From Ginglymostoma cirratum (Eukaryota), in the NCBI GenBank assembly GCA_024137785.1, contig JAHRHZ010000023.1, forward strand, positions 7,960,330 through 8,024,329: DNA of 64,000 nt, given 5' to 3'. Below the pieces are notes generated by a model, which had not been told where the DNA came from, searched no databases, and was given only the letters and a program-made list of their open reading frames with translations. This document shows positions 11,385 to 23,251 of this stretch, piece after piece. Each line of letters starts with the position of its first letter. Position 1 is the first letter of the stretch. Position numbers and translations under genes: made by a program.

Positions 11385-13736
11385 CTTACAACAAAAAAAA
11401 ATTAAAAATAAATTAAATTGGTCATAAACAAGAATCATAGTTCATTGAGAGAATAAAAAAGCTAATCATAACTTTCCAAATCCAGAACGGCAGTCACTGC
11501 AACAACTTCGAATAATCAGATCAGTAAATGGCTGATTTCCATTGAAGTGACACCCACAGTGTTGTTAGGAAGGGAGTTCCAGGAATTTGACATGACGACA
11601 GTACAGGAACAGCAATATAATTCCAAATCAGGATGGTTCTTGGCTTAGAAAGGAACTTGCAGTGAGTGGTGTTTGCAGTCATCTATTGCGTTTGTCCTTA
11701 GAAGGTGTGGTCACAGGAGCCTTGGCACATTGCTGCCGTGCATCATACAGGTGGTACATACTATGACCACTCTGCATTTCCCATGTATTGTTGGAGCTGA
11801 TCCATCCAGGCAAGTGGAGTACATCATTGACTGCAAAAGAGCTGTTTCATATTAAGCAACAAGCCATTTTGGAACGATTTATCTGAAATTGCTGACATGT
11901 TCAAATGTAACCTTTAAAAAAAATCCAGTTTTTAAAAAACTAATCACCTAATTTGATGGATTCAAAAGTTATGATGTTTTCAAATACTCTACCATGTAAA
12001 GTTGCTTCCATGAATTAATTTAACCTATCAAAGTTAGGTGATATCTCACATCAAATTTCCAGAGTATCGGTATATAATGAGCAGGTAATGTAATTATGTG
12101 CATTAACCATTCCTTAACTAACATTTAGTCTCCTACTCTCACATACCATATTATCTTGCTTGCCACTGGTTGGTAAAGCTGATCCTACTACTTAATAATT
12201 ATCCAGTAAGGCACTTACTCCAAGTTTGTTGGGAGCTTAATAAATTTTAAAACTTTATAAATGAGCTTCATAAATAGACTGCCAAATTGCTATCCCACAA
12301 AAATACTTCCATGGGATAAAGACACAAATAGATGTAGCCACTTTTTATTCCAGTCCTGAACAGGTCAGAAATCAGGGTAAGGTAGCCGGAAAACAAAAAA
12401 TTTAAATGTTGTATTGAGACAAGTGTTTCAAATGTTGCAGTGTTTAAAAGCACCTACTTTCAAGATTTCTCTTACACAGAAAGCACTGTCACACAAAAAG
12501 CACTAATATTTGTATTTAACTTTTGAATTTGTTCCAATGAGGTGATCCTTTGCCTTCCAGTTATTTTAAAAATCAGTTTCCATTTAAGTAATTATTTATT
12601 TGACTTTTGTGTCAATAGATAAGGCAAAATAGCAGGATGACCATAATGTTCCTGAACTAGTAATCCAGAAATTCAAACTGATGCTCTGGAGCTGAGAAAC
12701 TCAATCCCACCAAGGAAGCTGATGGAATTTAAATTCGATTGATAAATCTGGGATTGAAAGACAGTATATCTAGTTATTTAGAAGCCTCTATTACATTTTA
12801 TTTTGAAGCCGTCTTGCCAGTTCATACCTTGTACTAGTTGATGCCAATTGACAAAAGGAACTAGAATAATTCCCTCCATCAGATTTCTGATCTAGACCAG
12901 AAGCCAAATGATGTTCCAGAACTTCTTGCATTACTGATGCCAGTTTTAGCATTCAGCAACTTTATATTTCACTTCAACTGCTGACTGTAATGGCCTGAAT
13001 GTCTTCCAATAACCCTACTTCAAGCAATGTGGCAGCGCATCAAAACTGCTCAGTCATCAGTTCATCATACTTTTGCCATTAAATTCTGGGATCAGCTGAT
13101 CATCTCATTACTGCTGCCACTAACCTTCAAAGCTCAGAAATCTAATCTAAATGTTACCAAAAACACTGCAACAGCATTCACTGAATACAAGGAATAAAAA
13201 AAAAGTGTTTTATACAACATAGGGAAAATAATGAAAAACCCTGTCCACCAAAGAAGGCAGAGCACTAGATTTGAAACCACAGGGTGTAACTCTTCGTAGG
13301 AGTACCTTCAAAATGTGGAAGCAGATGTACATCTCGAGGATTAGCTCTTTAAACCAAAGCCGTTTGTTTTCAGAAACTGACTCCTTTCGATAGTAACTTT
13401 AACAGGGAATACACATCGCAGTGGAAACAATCCGGTTTCAGCAGTCAATTGCTCTAAACATTGAACAGAGTGAAGGAGCCCCGCCACTCGCACAATAAAA
13501 CCAGCACGATTTCCTCATAGAGAGAGCGAAGGAGAAAAGGCTGGCGGGGTTGGTCTTGGGATCTTCTGTCCGGATCCCTCCACGACATGACACCAGGATA
13601 ATGCTTTGCTCTGTCCCACCCCAGTGATCCTCATGCACAAAACTCCCCACTCGCCTTCCATAAATAATACAGGCAAAAGGGGACAAGGAAGGTGGTGGGA
13701 AGAAAGAAACGTTTAAGCGTTGTGTTTCTTACTCAC

Positions 13737-13773
13737 CTTTCCTGGCCAGGGCGGATACCGACCCAGTTTGCCC
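13737..13773 (-). CDS. GLYR1: GLYR1 coding exon 2, (W)GKLGRYPPWPGK, PWWP signature
   Basis: tctctcag|G GGC AAA CTG GGT CGG TAT CCG CCC TGG CCA GGA AAG|gtgagt; 37 nt; phase matches exon 1. Confidence 0.97.
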
Positions 13774-13969
13774 CTGAGAGAAGGGAAAGAAAGAGCATAA
13801 GCGATTATTTTTTTCGTGAGAGGGGGGCGTGTGTAGGGAGGTAGGAGCTTTTTTTTTTCCAAAAAACATAAAAACGACACTCGATGACAGCGGCTGGCCG
13901 AAAATTAAACAAGCTGCCGTGGCGATCGGGTTGAAAGGAGAGCGATCATAAGCCGCTGTTGCCTCTTAC

Positions 13970-14007
13970 CAGACCAGATCTCCCACCCGTAAGCTGACGG
14001 CCGCCAT
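13970..14007 (-). CDS. GLYR1: GLYR1 (N-PAC/NP60) coding exon 1, MAAVSLRVGDLV(W), start of PWWP domain
   Basis: Minus strand reads AAG ATG GCG GCC GTC AGC TTA CGG GTG GGA GAT CTG GTC TG|gtaag; 38 nt; closely matches the vertebrate GLYR1 N-terminus (MAAVSLRLGDLVW). Confidence 0.96.
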
Positions 14008-14101
14008 CTTCCTCAGAGGAATTCGTCCATCGCCCTCTCAACGGCGACACCCCTCCCCCACCCCGGGGCCCTCCGTCCGTCGGCCCGCCCGCCTCCTCCC
14101 C

Positions 14102-14111
14102 ATCACGTGAC
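14102..14111. promoter_or_regulatory. E-box (USF/TFE/CLEAR-type)
   Basis: ATCACGTGAC, ~95 bp upstream of the GLYR1 ATG. Confidence 0.6.
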
Positions 14112-14316
14112 ACGGCCGGGTGAGAGGTCAACGCCCCGCCCCGGCCGCAACGGATTTGTTTTACGAATTTTTTTTTTCAACACGACGCCTATTTTCCCGT
14201 GCTGCGAAGCGAACGAGATGGAATACCCGGGTAAATGGTTGGAAGGGGTGGGGCTGCGTGTCGAAAACACACACACGGCCCCTCCCCCTTACCCGCCCGC
14301 GGTGTGTGTGCGCGCG

Positions 14317-14328
14317 CGCGCATGCGCA
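14317..14328. promoter_or_regulatory. NRF1 palindromic site
   Basis: CGCGCATGCGCA matches the consensus YGCGCAYGCGCR, a motif typical of bidirectional promoters. Confidence 0.75.
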
Positions 14329-14338
14329 GCAGCTCGGA

Positions 14339-14349
14339 AAGATGGCGGC
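14339..14349 (+). promoter_or_regulatory. YY1 motif (UBN1 side)
   Basis: AAGATGGCGGC, exact YY1 consensus; an inverted copy at 14000-14010 overlaps the GLYR1 ATG. Confidence 0.65.
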
Positions 14350-14398
14350 GGCCGAAGTTTTGTCGGGTTTGTTTTTGTTGCTGTTGAAGGGATTGTGA
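14342..14398 (+). other. Candidate uORF in the UBN1 5' leader, MAAAEVLSGLFLLLLKGL*
   Basis: AAGATGG strong Kozak context; 18 codons then TGA; ends 189 nt before the UBN1 ATG; translation depends on an unmapped TSS. Confidence 0.5.
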
Positions 14399-14587
14399 TT
14401 GCCCGCCACCGCCACCCCTCCCCCGCTTCTTCTTCCTCTCAGCGTCTCTTTTATTCGTTTTAAATTATCCCCTTCCTCTCCGTCAACACGACAGGGTGAA
14501 GACAGAGAGAAGGGGTGGGGGGAAAGGTGTTGACAAAAAATATATATAAAGAGCGGCCGAGCGAGTGGGTCCCGCGCGACTCGCAAC

Positions 14588-14854
14588 ATGGCCGAACCGC
14601 GACGAGTGTCCCTGACTACCCTGCCCGTGTCGGCTCCTCTCTTGAAGAAGAAGAAAGAAGACAAGGAGGAGGCAGCAGCGGAGGAGGAAGAAGAAGAGGA
14701 GGAGGAAGAGGAAGGGGGCGAGGAGGCGACGGCCGTGATGGTGCTGAAGGGGGAAATAGCGGCCGTCACCTCGCGCCACACGCTGGCTCTCTTTGAGTCG
14801 AGCGAGAAGAGTTGCCCCGAGTTCTTCTACCCCGAGTTGATGCGAGTGCGGAAG
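14588..14854 (+). CDS. UBN1: UBN1 first coding exon, MAEPRRV...poly-Glu...LALFESSEKSCPEFFYPELMRVRK
   Basis: caacATGG Kozak context; CPEFFYPEL motif of the ubinuclein NHRD; ends CGG AAG|gtgagc; 267 nt; head-to-head with GLYR1, as for mammalian UBN1. Confidence 0.93.
14665..14713 (+). repeat. Coding GAG/GAA low-complexity repeat (poly-Glu) in the first UBN1 coding exon
   Basis: Encodes EEAAAEEEEEEEEEEE. Confidence 0.85.
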
Positions 14855-17800
14855 GTGAGCGATCCTTGTCTCTCCGAGCGTGAGTCCAGCGTGAAAAGTA
14901 ACGCAGATGCGCTCGATCTGGAGTACACCCCTCCCCTTGACCTTCCTTCCCCACCCCCCCCCCAAATGCCGTGTCACCGTTAATACGGAAACAATCTATG
15001 CCCGTCTTTTTGGAATCAATTTTGGAAAATAGTTACTTTAAAAAGACGTAGAAGCTCTCCCTTACCGCTCCGGACATTAAGATTAGTTCAGCTTTTCCTA
15101 GTTAGTTCTGAGTTTGCACCGGCACGTTAATTCTGCTCAGTGTCGTATTTTAAACACAGGGACAGATGGTATTGCATATATCTGATCTAGTTGACGTGAC
15201 CTAATCAGCTACTGTTTTCTGTTGTTCAAGGCCCCCCATTAATTGTTAATTTCGCTGAAAGTTTTAAGCAATAATCCACCTGGAAACTAAACAGTAGGAT
15301 TTAATGTTCTGTATTAGTAGCCGCTTTACTCAATTGTTGTCATATCCTGGTTATTCATGAGTCAGAATGTAAATTTAGCTCTCAAAATAATTTTTTTCAC
15401 AAAATAAGTTTTCAAAACTGAATAATTCAGAACAACATGAACATGAAATAAACTTGATTGCATGTGACAAAAGGCAGTTTTCATGCTGAAGACTGGTAAA
15501 CTACAACATTGCTTTGTATTCAGGTCTAGCACTTGAGATCAGGCTGTTGAAACTAAAATATTGAATCCATGTTGGCATCGTGAAACTAGCTCTTAGTATA
15601 TTGGACAAGCAAGTTAGCAAAAGAGAACAAGATATGATACTGAAATAAAATTGGAGTAGAGTTCTAGAATCACATTTGATCTGACTTGGAGCCTTTCTCT
15701 TGACTTATGTTATCCTGAAAGCTTTGCTAAACCACACACTAATGCTCTAGTTGTGACGTATATGCAGCCCAACTCAATCCCATAGATGGCCTGAATAAAA
15801 TGAACTGTATGAGTTTGTGGGAGAAAGAAAAGAAGACACCAAGTGTAAGTGGAGCACAGAGCAGACTATAGTATCAACAATTGCAATTTTCAGTGTAAAG
15901 CATTTAACCAGAAACATGGTTTGCCTGTAAAATGATAGAAAGTGGACAGTTGCTATGAAATATATAAAGGGTCAGAATTGGTTGTAGTATAGATGGGGAG
16001 ACGAAATAATGATTTCACATCCTGTTTGTTCTTGCATTGCATTCCGCGGTAACCAAATCTGAGATATTGAGCAAACAAGATGAATTCAAGGTTTCCATAA
16101 TTGTAAAGACTTTTCTGCTTTCTTGAATTGTTGCTTTGATCTCACTTTTAAAGAGGAAAGTCCAGGAAATCAAATTAACTGCATTGATATAATCAAGCCT
16201 TTTTTTCCCAAAGTTGCTTGTTTATAAATTTCACAGGGTTTAAAATAGAAATGCTTGGGTCTTACCTTCGAGTGATTTAATCAAAACATAATATCAAATA
16301 TTTTATTAAGCGATATTCAGAATCAGGTGGTCGGAACCAAGATTGGGGCAAGTTTTCATTCCTTCTACAATCTGACTTAATGGTTTTGCTGATTTGTCAT
16401 GTTGCAAACCCACATGAATGTTTGGCTTACATAAGCCATACATTTTAATAAAGTTTTTCAGAGGCAGTTTTGAAGTGTATGTGATATGTGAATTTTAAGC
16501 ACAATCTTACTCCTTTAATGTCCACAACCAATGAATTGCCTTTATTTACTAAGCCATTTCTGAATGCACATATCGTGGATGTATAGTTCCTGCAAAATCT
16601 TTTTCAGGCTGAATGTTGCAAAGAACATTAGCCCTTTCCACTACTTTGGTTATTTTTCTCAATGCTTCAATGTTTATGTCCCATTGTTGCAAAAAGTGCA
16701 TTTTCAAAGGTACATCACAACCACACTGACTTAATTACATTTGGCACACAGCAGATAAAATAACTGTTGATTAAAGCTCTTATCTGCTTTTTGCATAGGG
16801 AAGTAGTTCCAAATTGGGTCTTTCATTCACAAGTAACAGAAATAGACCACTCAGCTGAACCAGTCAAATGTTGATACTCCATACAAGTGTATAGTTCTAC
16901 TCTCATTTACTGAAACTATTCTCATGTCCTTTCAGCTCCATTCCTTCATTTGCCTATCCAATTAAATGCTGCCAAGAATTTCTGTCAACCATAAACGATC
17001 GGACTGAATTCCAGATTTGTTCAATTGTGAATGAATTTCTCCAAATCCCTTGCTCCAAATTGCTGCACCACATCGTCTTTACCCCTCATTCTTGATCCCA
17101 ACTTTGAACTATCCGTGTCTCTTCCTTTGATATTTTTACACATTTATGGCATCAGAGTCCACATTGATCAAGCCTTTTTACATTAGAACAATCTATTTTA
17201 GAGTAAAAGATATCACTTCACCTATGTTCATATTGCCTGTTACTTATGCAGGGCACATTGTATTAGTGATTCACTGAAACTTTAGGTTCATCTTGAAGGC
17301 AAAGCATGAATATTGGTGGTCTTTGACTAGTAAACCTTTGAATGCAACCCCAAAATTGTCAACCTTAAACTGTATTCTGCATTAATTACTAACCTGGTAC
17401 AGGACAAAATTTGTTTTGATGGGAATACTATACTGAAATGATTACCCTTCGCATTAACTCATTTTGCGGAGATATTTATTTTAATGGAATGGCTGGCATC
17501 TGATTGCTCTTTGTTACAAAATACAAATTTATTTTCAAAAAATAATTAAGCATCTATTTGAAATAAACATAATAGGAAGCAGACTTATGAATAGGTGGAA
17601 GAAAGATGGATTAAACCTATTGATCCTGGTCTTATCAATGTTATCCGAGCAAACATTGAATTAACTACGCGTTCAGTTGAGTTGCTACAGTTGCCATCAC
17701 TTGCAAGGTCAGATTGTAATATATTTGTTGTAGTGTCAGATCCGAATGCAGATGTCTTATACACACTATAATTTAATGCATTTTCCTTAGAACTAATATG

Positions 17801-20560
17801 AAAGATTTTCTATATGTTAGCTTCCCTGATGCAGATAAGTAACCACATTTTAATAAAGTGCGCGTTTCATTGCTGATATTGCTTAATTTTCAAGTATTTA
17901 AGTTGGGTGTGATTGAATTAGCTGATTGCTTGCAGTGCCAAATTTTTTTTTTGTGGACATAATCTTGGTACGTTTTGGATTTTGTCATATGATGTGTGCA
18001 GAAGGCCAAAGTGGTGATTAGACGTTTGATGCTGTATCTGTTGGCCTTTGATCTAATTTTGCTGGAGACTAGTGTTAAATGTAGAAGTAAACATTTGAAA
18101 TATTTAATAGCTGCCAAAAACAATTCTGGAGAAGAAATTTTGTGCCCTTCTTGGAGTGTAGTTCTCTTTCATACTGCCTGCAAGAGAAGAATGAATCAGA
18201 ATGTAATCTGTTCGAATAAAAGATCAATGTTTAATAATTTTACGACATTCCGCCTTTAAACATTACTTGAATTAACTCAAGTGTTGTTTCAGCGTGCTAT
18301 GCTGTGGGGTGATTGGGCAAGTTTTGTTTTTATGATATCTCTGGGTGTAGATTTTACCTGCATTTTTAGCAGATATTCCAGGCAGAAATTTATAGAAATT
18401 ATGCTAGTCCAGAAATTCGGCTTGCAAGAGAGCCAAAATAAGCAGAAGGAAATGTAGGATAAAAATGATTGATAGATTTTCTTTTGTCCCTTGTTGTGAA
18501 GAAACATTGTTTGCAATGAGGGAAGTGAAATAAACATTTTGTCAAAAGCTGTGATTAGTTTAGCTCCGCAAGGCAGTTTTAATCACTGTTCTCAAATTTG
18601 TCAATGGAACTGTTCTTTGGGAGAGCATGGCAGAATGCTGTATCTTTCACAATAGTGGTGAGACATGTTCAGCCTTTTGTTTTCCATTTATTGGATTGTT
18701 TGAAATACATTGCTCAAGTTTGCATTATTGGAAACCAATGTGAATAAAGTCAGCTGAGAAGTGTAACTTTTGAAGTTGTGCTAATATTATGACTTGAATT
18801 GTAAGAGATAAATCTCCATTCTCTTTCTCACCACCCCCTCCCCCTCTCACCTTTTATCCCCTCCCCCTTCCTTTCTTTCCTCTCCACTCCTTCCACAGGA
18901 CTTCCTTTTTGATCATTTTGCCACTGTTTGTAACTAAATATGGTTGTTTAGTATATTTTGCTTTCATTACTATTATCACATTACAAATGCTGATTGCGCA
19001 TACCCCCAAAATACATTCACTCAACTGAATTAGTAATTGGTATTTCAAATCTGTATAGGTAAAACCATTTTACAACAAGATGTACCCAGTGGTACCACAA
19101 CACTGGTGTGTTTTGCTTAAATAAAACATGGAATATTCTGTAGTAGATTTCTTAGAACTTGTTACATTTGAGCTGCAGAAGTATTGGTGAATTTGTACAC
19201 GAGATTATTTGTAATAGAGCACTTGTTCTAAGTACAAGATCAGATGGTTACTCTTTAGGATTATCTAGTTAAGCCAGTATTGTGTTTAGAATTGAATTAA
19301 TGTCTGGATTTACATTCAGATTTCCTTTAAAGCAATTATGCTTCAGTGTGCAAAGGCTTCAAAACTTATTCATACAATTTATGTTGAAGGTCCTGTGTGC
19401 ACAATGTTTCTCAGCAAAATCAGACAAAACTGATGAAATTGCACTGATTGCATTGTTTCAATATTAACAACCTTGATGTTTGGGGTTTTATCTGGCAGTA
19501 AAAAAGCGCCAGCTATAAATAGCAGCTTTCACAGTTCGGAAGAAGGTGTTATTAAAAATTATGATCAGTGGATCTATTCTAAGACTGCTGATTGAAAGTC
19601 AAAACAAAATTAAATGACCCCTAAAAAGTAACAGCCAACTTAAGTGAATCCTGAATGGTAACAATAAATGTGGTTTAAAGTAGTGAGTTGCTCTTTAGGC
19701 CTTTGTGTATTAACATGACTGAGAAATAAAGAAAATCTTCCAAGTATATTTATTCAACTGATATTGGAATTACAAATGGAGTGCAAAGTGTAATATTTGC
19801 CAGTGAAAATCTCATCTATGATTTGTCCAGTATCCTCCCGTGTTCCATGTTCTGTAACCTCATCTTATCAAAAACTCTATTTATGCCAAACATACTAAAT
19901 CATTTTCAGCTATCACTCCCTTTGTTGACTTATGCTGACTACTTATCTATGAATTCAAATTTTGACATTCTCCTCCCTTGGAAGTTGTACACTTCCAAGG
20001 CCATGCCCACCTCCATATCTTGCTTTCGCTATCTCTTATTTTTCTCATTCCAGCCTCCTTCACATTATCATTGATAGCCACATCATGGTTACCTTGATTT
20101 TATCCTCTGGAAATCTCTTCCAATTCCACATTTTAAGGCCAACTTCTTGATCAGACCTCCGAATACCACCTCCTCTGGCTTGGCATCCATCTTCTATACT
20201 AAAAAAAAATCAGCAAAACATCTTGTGACACTTTCTACTTTGCAGGTAGTGTGTAAAAGCAGTGGTTGTTGGTTGGTCACCTGTACCATCTCTATAAGAG
20301 GGCTGATTTATGTCGTCTCTATGGAGAGATGATCAGAATAAGTCTTGATTAATTAAGAGGTTTGTCTTGATGTTTGCTGCTTGGCTTCTCTCATTATCTC
20401 TGCAGCTTATGAGTGTTATTTCAAAGTCAGAAAAAGCTGCAGGAGTTTACCTGTGTGCTTTCATGTACTCTGCGATTTATTGGGTGTCTATTATGCATTA
20501 TACCAACAGGAAAGTCATAAGTATATTGACAACTTCTGTTAAATAGATAAGTGATAGGAT

Positions 20561-20766
20561 TTGAAAGTCACCATATTCCTATGGACCATATGCTGCTCTC
20601 TCATTAGACAGAAGACTGGTGGTAGTTTAACCTGAGAGCCAATATGCCTCAGGCAAGGGGAGAGCTTGAGAAGGAGTCCTTCATGGTGACCTTGGCTGGT
20701 GTAAGAATTGACCCCACAATATTGGTGTCACACTGCATCTCAAACCAGCTATCCAGCCAACTGAGC
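20561..20766 (-). mobile_element. Third tRNA-derived SINE-like element
   Basis: Minus strand begins gctcagttggctggatagctggtttg (A box) and has gggtcaattc (B-box-like). Confidence 0.5.
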
Positions 20767-20779
20767 AGGGGGTACCTTA

Positions 20780-21120
20780 ATTGAATCACATTGGATCCTG
20801 AGGAGAGTTGACTGGGTGCATGTGGAAAGAATGTTTCCTTTTGTGGGAGAATTGAGAACTAGGGGTCATAGTTTAAAAATAAGGGGGTCCCATTTAGGAT
20901 CGAGTTGAGGAAATGTATTTTTCCTTTGCGGATTGAGAGTCTTCTGGTTCCCTTAAAAGGCAGAACTTTTTAAATATTTTTAAGGCAGAAGTGGATTGCC
21001 AAGGGGTTGAAAGATTATCAGGATATGTAGGAATGTCGAGTTGAGGTTAAATCAGTTCTGCTAAGATCTTATTGAATGGCAGAACAGGCTAGAAGTGCTG
21101 AGTGGCCTACTGTTCCTTGT
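20780..21120 (+). mobile_element. Old CR1 3' fragment
   Basis: agaactaggggtcatagtttaaaaataagggg...attgaatggcagaacaggctagaagtgctgagtggcctac. Confidence 0.65.
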
Positions 21121-21242
21121 TTGTTTGATCTCAACTGTTAGCAGTAGCACATTTGACTCTAATACATTGTCAAAAACACCTTTGCGGTTGCTTTTCACGC
21201 AGAGGTATCTATCAAGTCATAAAAATAAAACAAAGACGGACA

Positions 21243-21342
21243 GCTCTGATAGAGGGTCACTGGACTCGAAATGTTAACTCTGCTTTCTTGCCACCGATGC
21301 TGCCAGACCTGCTGAGTTCCTCTGGCAATTTCTGTTTTTGTT
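21243..21342 (+). mobile_element. Short Penelope-derived repeat with mutated hammerhead
   Basis: ctgatagagggtcactggactcgaaatgttaactc...gatgctgccagacctgctgagtt; same family as 23160-23251. Confidence 0.7.
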
Positions 21343-21849
21343 CTATATCAAGACAGTTACTTTTGCAGCAAACTGGTGAACTCATCTTCCGATTTTAATA
21401 TTAAGCCTTAAAAGACATTTTGGAAGTAGTCCTGGTGTGGGTGGTGGTTTATCTGGTAAGTAATGAACTGGAAAATGTGTACAATGCATATCTTCTGGTC
21501 TCACTGGCTCTTGGCAGTTGAGATGCCATCCTGGAATATGTAAGCAGTGTTTCATGTGTGTTCTGAATACTTGTATTTTCGGATACCGGTTTAATGTTGC
21601 TATAGTACATTCCCAGCTTGTGGGGGTTTATAGCAAATTATGAAGAACAAAATACTTCCTCCTTCAGCTTATAACATGGCAGAATTTTCATTTGTAGTGT
21701 ATGTATTTTCGAATGTAACTTATTTCTTAATGATCATTGTAAGAAAGGTTTTTATCTAAATTACCTTGGCCAGTGTGTCTCAACGATGAGAATAGATAGA
21801 AACTTTCCTCACGCTGCCAGGCAGAGAATGGTTATTTTCCATAATTTTT

Positions 21850-22130
21850 TCATTTATTCATGATATGGGCATCACTGGCTAGGCCAACGTTTACTGCCCA
21901 TCCATAATTGCCCAGAAGGCCGCTACGACTTTGTGACTCTCTTACATTGCTGGTTGTAGATTTCCTTCCCTAAAAGATATCAGCGAATCAGGTGGGTCTT
22001 TGCAACAATTAACAGCTCTTCAGTCCTGATTTTTATTGAGTTCAGATTTCACCAACTACCACAGCGAGATTTGAATCCCTGTCCATTGGACTGGGGTTCT
22101 GAGTTGCTCATCCAGTGACATTAGCACCAC
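21850..22130 (-). mobile_element. Second-family SINE copy
   Basis: ttattcatgatatgggcatcactggctaggccaacgtttactgccc...gagatttgaatcc...atccagtgacatta. Confidence 0.6.
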
Positions 22131-23159
22131 ACCCTCCTATAGTAAGAGGGCCGTATCTGGTTCTCTAATTCTGGAAGGAAGTTATTGAATGCAGTGAAAA
22201 TCATTTTGAACAGACAGCTGATAACTTTTTAGCCTAGTATTGCCTTACTACATTTGATACACCAAGTCCATTTTCTTTAACAAAGCTATTCAGTTGTATG
22301 TTTTCAAATTAATTGTAAATTGATAAACGTAGCAGGCTGTGCTATACTGCTGTTAGAAACTACTATCCTCAGCACAAAAGTAAGAGTGCTGCTGACTGAT
22401 GGAAAATCACTACATGTTTGATTGTTTATTTTGCATACTCCTCTGCAGAATTATATGACGAGATTTAAAGTCAGTGAATCTTGGAGCTTGTGATTCTTGA
22501 TGATTGGCGAAAACATATCGGACATCAGCTGCTAGTCATCTAGACTGTCTTGATTTGCTCTGGATGCATTGTGTTCAACTAAGTTTTCTAATGCCAGGCT
22601 TCTAAAGTGAAATGCATAACCATGGAGTGAAAATGCGAACGGTAAACGAAATAGATTAACTTCCATGCTCCTTCCATGGTCGGTGGAAACCTACAATTTG
22701 AGTGGTTTGTCAACTGAAATGAGTGAAATTTTCCTCTTCCTGGTGTGGCATGAACAATAGCAAGAACGGTGGGAAAATCTGGCAGAAATGGCGCAAATCA
22801 TTTTCTCAGTATTCATCCAATTTTTTTATCTCCTGAAGTTGAGCGGTAACTTCAGAAACTAACAGTTGAGTGGCAACTATATCGTTTCCATACGTTTGCA
22901 TCTTAGCTTAACCCCCTTATTCATATATTACTTCTAATTCTCCTCTAGGTGGTGCATATTCTTAACACGTCCATCAGAGAGGGTACTTGTCCCTGCATGC
23001 TCCAGGGTGATCATCTGCCTCAACCCTTCATCCACACAAGTTGATGTTAACAAACCATCAGCTTCGCAACATCTTCATGCCGGCTCTCAGGTCAAATCAA
23101 ACACAACTTCAAGCCCTTTGGAGGTTGATAACACCTATAACTTACAGTTACTTACATTT

Positions 23160-23197
23160 AGTTCTGAGGAAGGGTCCACGGACCCGAAACGTTAACT
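23160..23197 (+). ncRNA. Minimal type I hammerhead ribozyme motif, core intact
   Basis: agtt-CTGAGGA-a-GGGTC-cacg-GACCC-GAAA-CGT-T-aact: stem I agtt/aact, 5-bp stem II, palindromic ACGT stem III, GUU cleavage triplet. Confidence 0.7.
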
Positions 23198-23251
23198 CCT
23201 TCGCAGATGTTGCCAGACCTGCTGAGCTTTTCCAGCAACTTTGTTTTTGTT
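23160..23251 (+). mobile_element. Short Penelope-derived repeat carrying the intact hammerhead
   Basis: Hammerhead followed by cagatgttgccagacctgctgagcttttccagcaactttgtttttgtt. Confidence 0.75.

Larger units (their letters stand above)
13880..14990. promoter_or_regulatory. CpG island and bidirectional GLYR1/UBN1 promoter
   Basis: Only strongly GC- and CpG-rich stretch in an AT-rich, CpG-depleted window; spans both divergent start codons; contains GC boxes (e.g. gccccgcccc ~14133). Confidence 0.9.

Noticed and set aside
14107-14977. Several long overlapping ORFs in the CpG island (e.g. 14161..14781 minus 206 aa, 14483..14977 minus 164 aa)
   Set aside because: By-products of high GC content and the antisense of the poly-Glu exon; low complexity with no recognisable domain
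18293-18308. Possible 16-nt micro-exon in UBN1 intron 1 (ttgtttcag|...GGG|gtgatt)
   Set aside because: Short pyrimidine tract and mediocre donor; not distinguishable from background
19930-20215. Possible ancient Penelope RT remnant (a similar faint signal lies at ~26750-27000)
   Set aside because: Too degenerate to support by eye; needs a profile HMM search
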